This document shows, one piece after another, positions 58,501-61,500 of a stretch of DNA of 64,000 bases. Numbering within the stretch: the stretch's first letter is position 1; each line of letters opens with the position of its first letter. The position numbers and the translations under genes are program-made. Origin of the DNA: Arenicellales bacterium (GTDB lineage: Bacteria; Pseudomonadota; Gammaproteobacteria; Arenicellales; Poriferihabitantaceae). The stretch lies in the NCBI GenBank assembly GCA_965116335.1, contig OZ220677.1, forward strand, positions 228,131 through 292,130. Direction: 5' to 3'. Under the pieces are notes generated by a model. The model saw nothing but the letters and a program-made list of their open reading frames with translations. It was not told the origin of the DNA and did not search any database.

Positions 58501-61500
58501 ACCGCTACCGAATCGTTCTGAACACCAGGCCGACTCATGATGTGACGGTGACGGTGACTGCGGGCGCGGGTCTTCGGGTGGCTGCCGCAGGCAGTGCCGC
58601 GTTCGGTAACACGGTGACACTCACCTTTACGCCCGGTGGCAGGAACCTGTGGAGCATCCCGCAAACCGTCCGGGTGTCGGTGCCGAACGACCTGATCGAC
58701 AACGAGATCACCCGGCGCACTATTGATCTCACCCATGCGTCAAGCTCCGCTGACAGCAACTACCAGCAGGCCGATGCCGGCACCTTGAGCGTCACGGTCA
58801 TCGATAATCTCACCGCCGGAGTGAAGATATCCCCGACCCGGCGCACGGTGGGTGAGGACGGCGGCACTGCCACCTACACCGTGGAACTTGCCTCCAGGCC
58901 TTTGTCCGACGTGGTGGTCACCGTCACCTCCGATGACGACACCGTGGTGAAGCTCGACGGACCGGATGCGGCGACTGCCTATACCGGCGCCGAGAATCTT
59001 ACCTTTACGCCGTCGAACTGGAACAGGCAGCAAACCGTCACCCTCGAAGGCCAGGACGACGAAGCCGTCAATTATATCGCCCGTACTGCCACCATCACCC
59101 ACAAGATCAGCTCTGCGGCCAACGGCGACGGCAGCCGCTATACTCCGGGCACCGCAATACACGACGTACATGTGACTCTCGCCGATGACGAAGCCAGCGA
59201 CGTGTATGTGTCGATCGTCCGCACCAGCGAACCGCGCATCACCGAGTGCACGCCCGGCGGTTATGAGGAGCGTTGCGAGATAGCCTTCACGGTGAGCCTG
59301 TCGCGGCCGCTGGTCAAGGGTGAGCGTGCCGACATCGAACTGGCACTTGCCGGTGAAGGCATCAAGGCGGGCGATTTCAGTGATTTGACGCTGGCCGCCG
59401 GTGCGGGCCTGAACACCGGAGTTCGGTTGCAGCGCGCAGGCACTTTACGGCCCACGGTGATCTTCTCAGGCTCCGGCGCCCGGGTCGCAACCCTGAAATT
59501 CGATGCGACCGACAGGCAGCTTGAAACGCCTGTCGAGGAGACGCTGACCGTGGCAATCGCAGATGCGGCTACGCTGGCGGCCGATCCCAACACCAACCTG
59601 GGCGAGACACTCAGGCCGTCACCCGACCACGGCGAATTCGACGTGACCGTGATCGACGATGAGCATCTGCTGACGTTTTCGAAGAGCGTCTATACCGTGT
59701 CGGAGGGCGCGGGCGCAGCGACGGTCACCCTTGATCTTTCACGCGCCCTGGAGTGGGACGTAAATGTCAAGCTCGGTTTCGAGGATGGCACCGCGATAGC
59801 CGGGCAGGATTACGAGCAGGCCTGGGTCTTTCCGCAAGTCGCCACCATTGCCAGGGGGCAGACGCAAATCGAACTGGAATTCCCGATTGTGGATGACAGC
59901 CTTGTCGAAAATACCGAAGTCCTGACCGTGTACGTTCAGCAGCACGCTCTGCCCGCAGGCTACGCGCAGGACAGTGCGACGGTGCGCATCACCGATAACG
60001 AACCCACGGTGAGTGTCAGCGCCGATGCGCCGTCGGTGTTCGAGGGTGAAGGCGCCGGATTCACGATCGTGCGCAACGCGGTAACGGCCAGTGCCCTTGC
60101 GGTGAACGTGAACGTGGCCGAGGCGGATGCGACCGACACAATCGCCGCCGGCGACGAAGGCAGCCGCTCGGTGGTGATCGCCGCGAACCAGGCGTCTGCG
60201 ACGCTGACCATCCCAACCCTGGACAACAGTGCCATGGCGAGCGGCGGCGGTGTCACGGTGACGCTCGGCGATGCCACTGTCGCAGGTGCCTACTTCAAGG
60301 CCGATCCGGATTTCGCCACCGTAGCGGTGGAGGACAACGATACTGCGGGCATCACCATTACGCCCGTGCGTGTCAGACTGCGCGAGGCGGATGATCCGAA
60401 TACGGTTGCAGTGCAGGAGCACAAGGCCACCTACCAGGTACGCCTTAATGCTCCGCCGGACAGCGCGGTGACGGTCACACCAAACGGCGACGCCAGCATG
60501 GTTACGGTAAGCCCGGCGAGCCTTGAGTTTACGTCATCGGACTGGAAAAATGCCCGCACCGTCACTGTGACCGGCGTGCCGGATGCTGGCGAGAATCCAG
60601 GCCAGCGGCGTACCGCCATTGTCACTCATGCAGTGAATGCGAGTGGCAACTACTCAGGGGTCACGGCGGACCGCGTTACGGTGGACGTGGTCGATCGCGA
60701 GCCGGTGCTGTCGATGACAGGCGCACAGATTGATGAGGGTGACAGTGGCACGGCCGATCTGGTTTTCACCGTGACGCTCAGTCCCGAGAGTCTGCGCACG
60801 GTGACGGTGCGTGCCGACGTGTCGCACGCCGATGGCGACACCGATAGTGCCGACTGCGTGTGCACCGGAATCGCTACGATCACCTTCGCACCGGGCGAGA
60901 CGAGCAAGCGCCTTACGATACCTGTGGTTGGAGACATCCTCGTCGAAGGTGACGAGGCTCTGGCGCTGAAACTGCTGGATCCGGTCAATGCAGTCTTCGA
61001 GGATGGCGGTGACAGCCTGATCGCTACGGGCGTGATCAGGAACGACGACGACCCACGGCCGGTGCTGTCGATGACCGGCGGGCAGGTCGATGAGGGTGAC
61101 AGCGGCACGGCCGGGCTGACCTTCACCGTTAATCTGAGTGCTGCCAGCGGCGACACGATTACCGTTGACTACGGGGGTTCGGTCGGCGACGGTACTGCCA
61201 CGCGCGGGGCTGACTACGCAGCCGTGACCGACGGCACCCTCACCTTCGAGCCGGGCGTGATCAGCAAGACGCTGATGGTGAAGGTGATCGGCGACCTCGA
61301 TGCCGAGAGCGATGAGACGGTGGCGCTGTTCCTGTCCGATCCCGCGGGCGCGGTGTTCGCCGATGCGAAGAGCAGAATCGTAGCCACGGGCGTGATCAAC
61401 GACAACGACACCGGCAAACCGGTACTTTCGGTGACTGGCGCAAATGTTGCCGAGGGTGATAGCGGCAGGCCCGAACTGACCTTCACCGTGACGCTCAGTG